A stretch of DNA of 8,714 nucleotides from Octopus sinensis (taxonomy: Eukaryota): assembly GCF_006345805.1 (NCBI RefSeq), contig NW_021828328.1, positions 1 to 8,714 of the forward strand, in the 5' to 3' direction. The translations under genes and the position numbers were made by a program. Every line of letters starts with the position of its first letter. Position 1 is the first letter of the stretch. Shown here piece after piece: positions 7,838 through 8,714 of the stretch. The notes beneath the pieces were generated by a model that did no database searches, was not told the origin of the DNA, and worked only from the letters and a program-made list of their open reading frames with translations.

Positions 7838-8002
7838 GATTATACGAGAGGTTTCTCGTCTGTCAAATCCTCTCCCAAGGCGTTGACCGGCTCTCGAGGC
7901 TATAGCAGAAACCGCTTTCCCAAGGTACCATGCAGTAGGATTGAAACCCGAACCAAGTGATTGACGAGCAAGCTTCTCATCACATTGCCACAAACTGCAC
8001 CT
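7791..8002 (-). mobile_element. Older degenerate SINE family B, head half plus internal microsatellite only
   Basis: CAAATCC..CAAGGC..CGAGGCTATAGCAGAA..CCCAAGGTACCATGCAGTAGGATTGAAACC..GCAAGCT aligns with 5919-6051. (CA)n at ~7806-7837. Confidence 0.8.
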
Positions 8003-8349
8003 ATTGTTGCTTTTGATTACCATAATGAAAGAACTGTGACAATTTTGTGCAAGATGCCGGTAAAATCTCCCGTTTAAACGCAAGAGAAGTCACAGAAACA
8101 AAAAAACAAAATGACGGACAATATAATAATACAAATATGGAGGTCAAGAAGCGAAAGATTTATATTTCATTCCCCTTTCTATCTACCTGCAACGACAAAA
8201 CGAGAATGAGATATCTGTGTTTGCTAATATGTTGCAAAATAGAGCAGAACTCATGAAAAATATCACACGCATACACATAAATAAGAACACGTTCAAACAT
8301 ATCTATGTATACATGTTTGTATTTACGTACATTAATGGGTACACAGTTT

Positions 8350-8588
8350 TACACACACACACACACATATATATTATATCTAGATATATCTATATATATA
8401 TATAATATTATATATATAAACACACATATCTGTATTGTATATGTATTATATATATTATATACATATTATATATATTATAATATATATATATATATATATA
8501 TATCCATAGACTGACAAAGGTGTGTGTAGCAGCGGGTGAACGCGTATATGTTTTATATATATATATATCTATATATATAGATATAGAT

Positions 8589-8623
<35 letters not shown>

Positions 8624-8714
8624 AATATATATATATATATATAAAATACGTATATTTAAGTTTGCCTTTTTACACACACAACCTATGTATCTATATTTTA
8701 ATACATATATATAT
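8350..8714. repeat. (CA)n then degenerate (TA)n-rich microsatellite region
   Basis: Directly visible; short unique interruptions at ~8503-8547 and ~8643-8690. Confidence 0.9.

Noticed and set aside
8368-8714. Short palindromes in the TA-rich end
   Set aside because: Expected by chance in (TA)n low-complexity sequence.

Overview
AT-rich eukaryotic non-coding DNA made almost entirely of microsatellites and decayed mobile elements. The repeat content resembles octopus genomes; this is recognition from memory, not a database result. No intact protein-coding gene is supported, and most listed ORFs are translations of microsatellites. Supported content: (i) many copies of two tRNA-derived SINE families, including a head-to-tail 184-bp dimer; (ii) two decayed fragments of an R4/Dong-type restriction-like-endonuclease non-LTR retrotransposon (zinc-knuckle/RLE 3' end at 6552-7165, RT N-terminal part at 7282-7790) lying among compound (CAA)n(TAA)n arrays; (iii) a minus-strand type I hammerhead ribozyme motif (4831-4872) with the compensatory U3-A8 core pair, at the tip of a ~143-nt imperfect rod and inside interlocked inverted repeats (4661-5178), probably a Penelope-like pLTR or retrozyme remnant; (iv) a ~100-bp inverted duplication around a (TATC)n array (42-481) and a ~125-bp direct duplication about 2.15 kb apart. 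The hammerhead cassette is the most interesting element.
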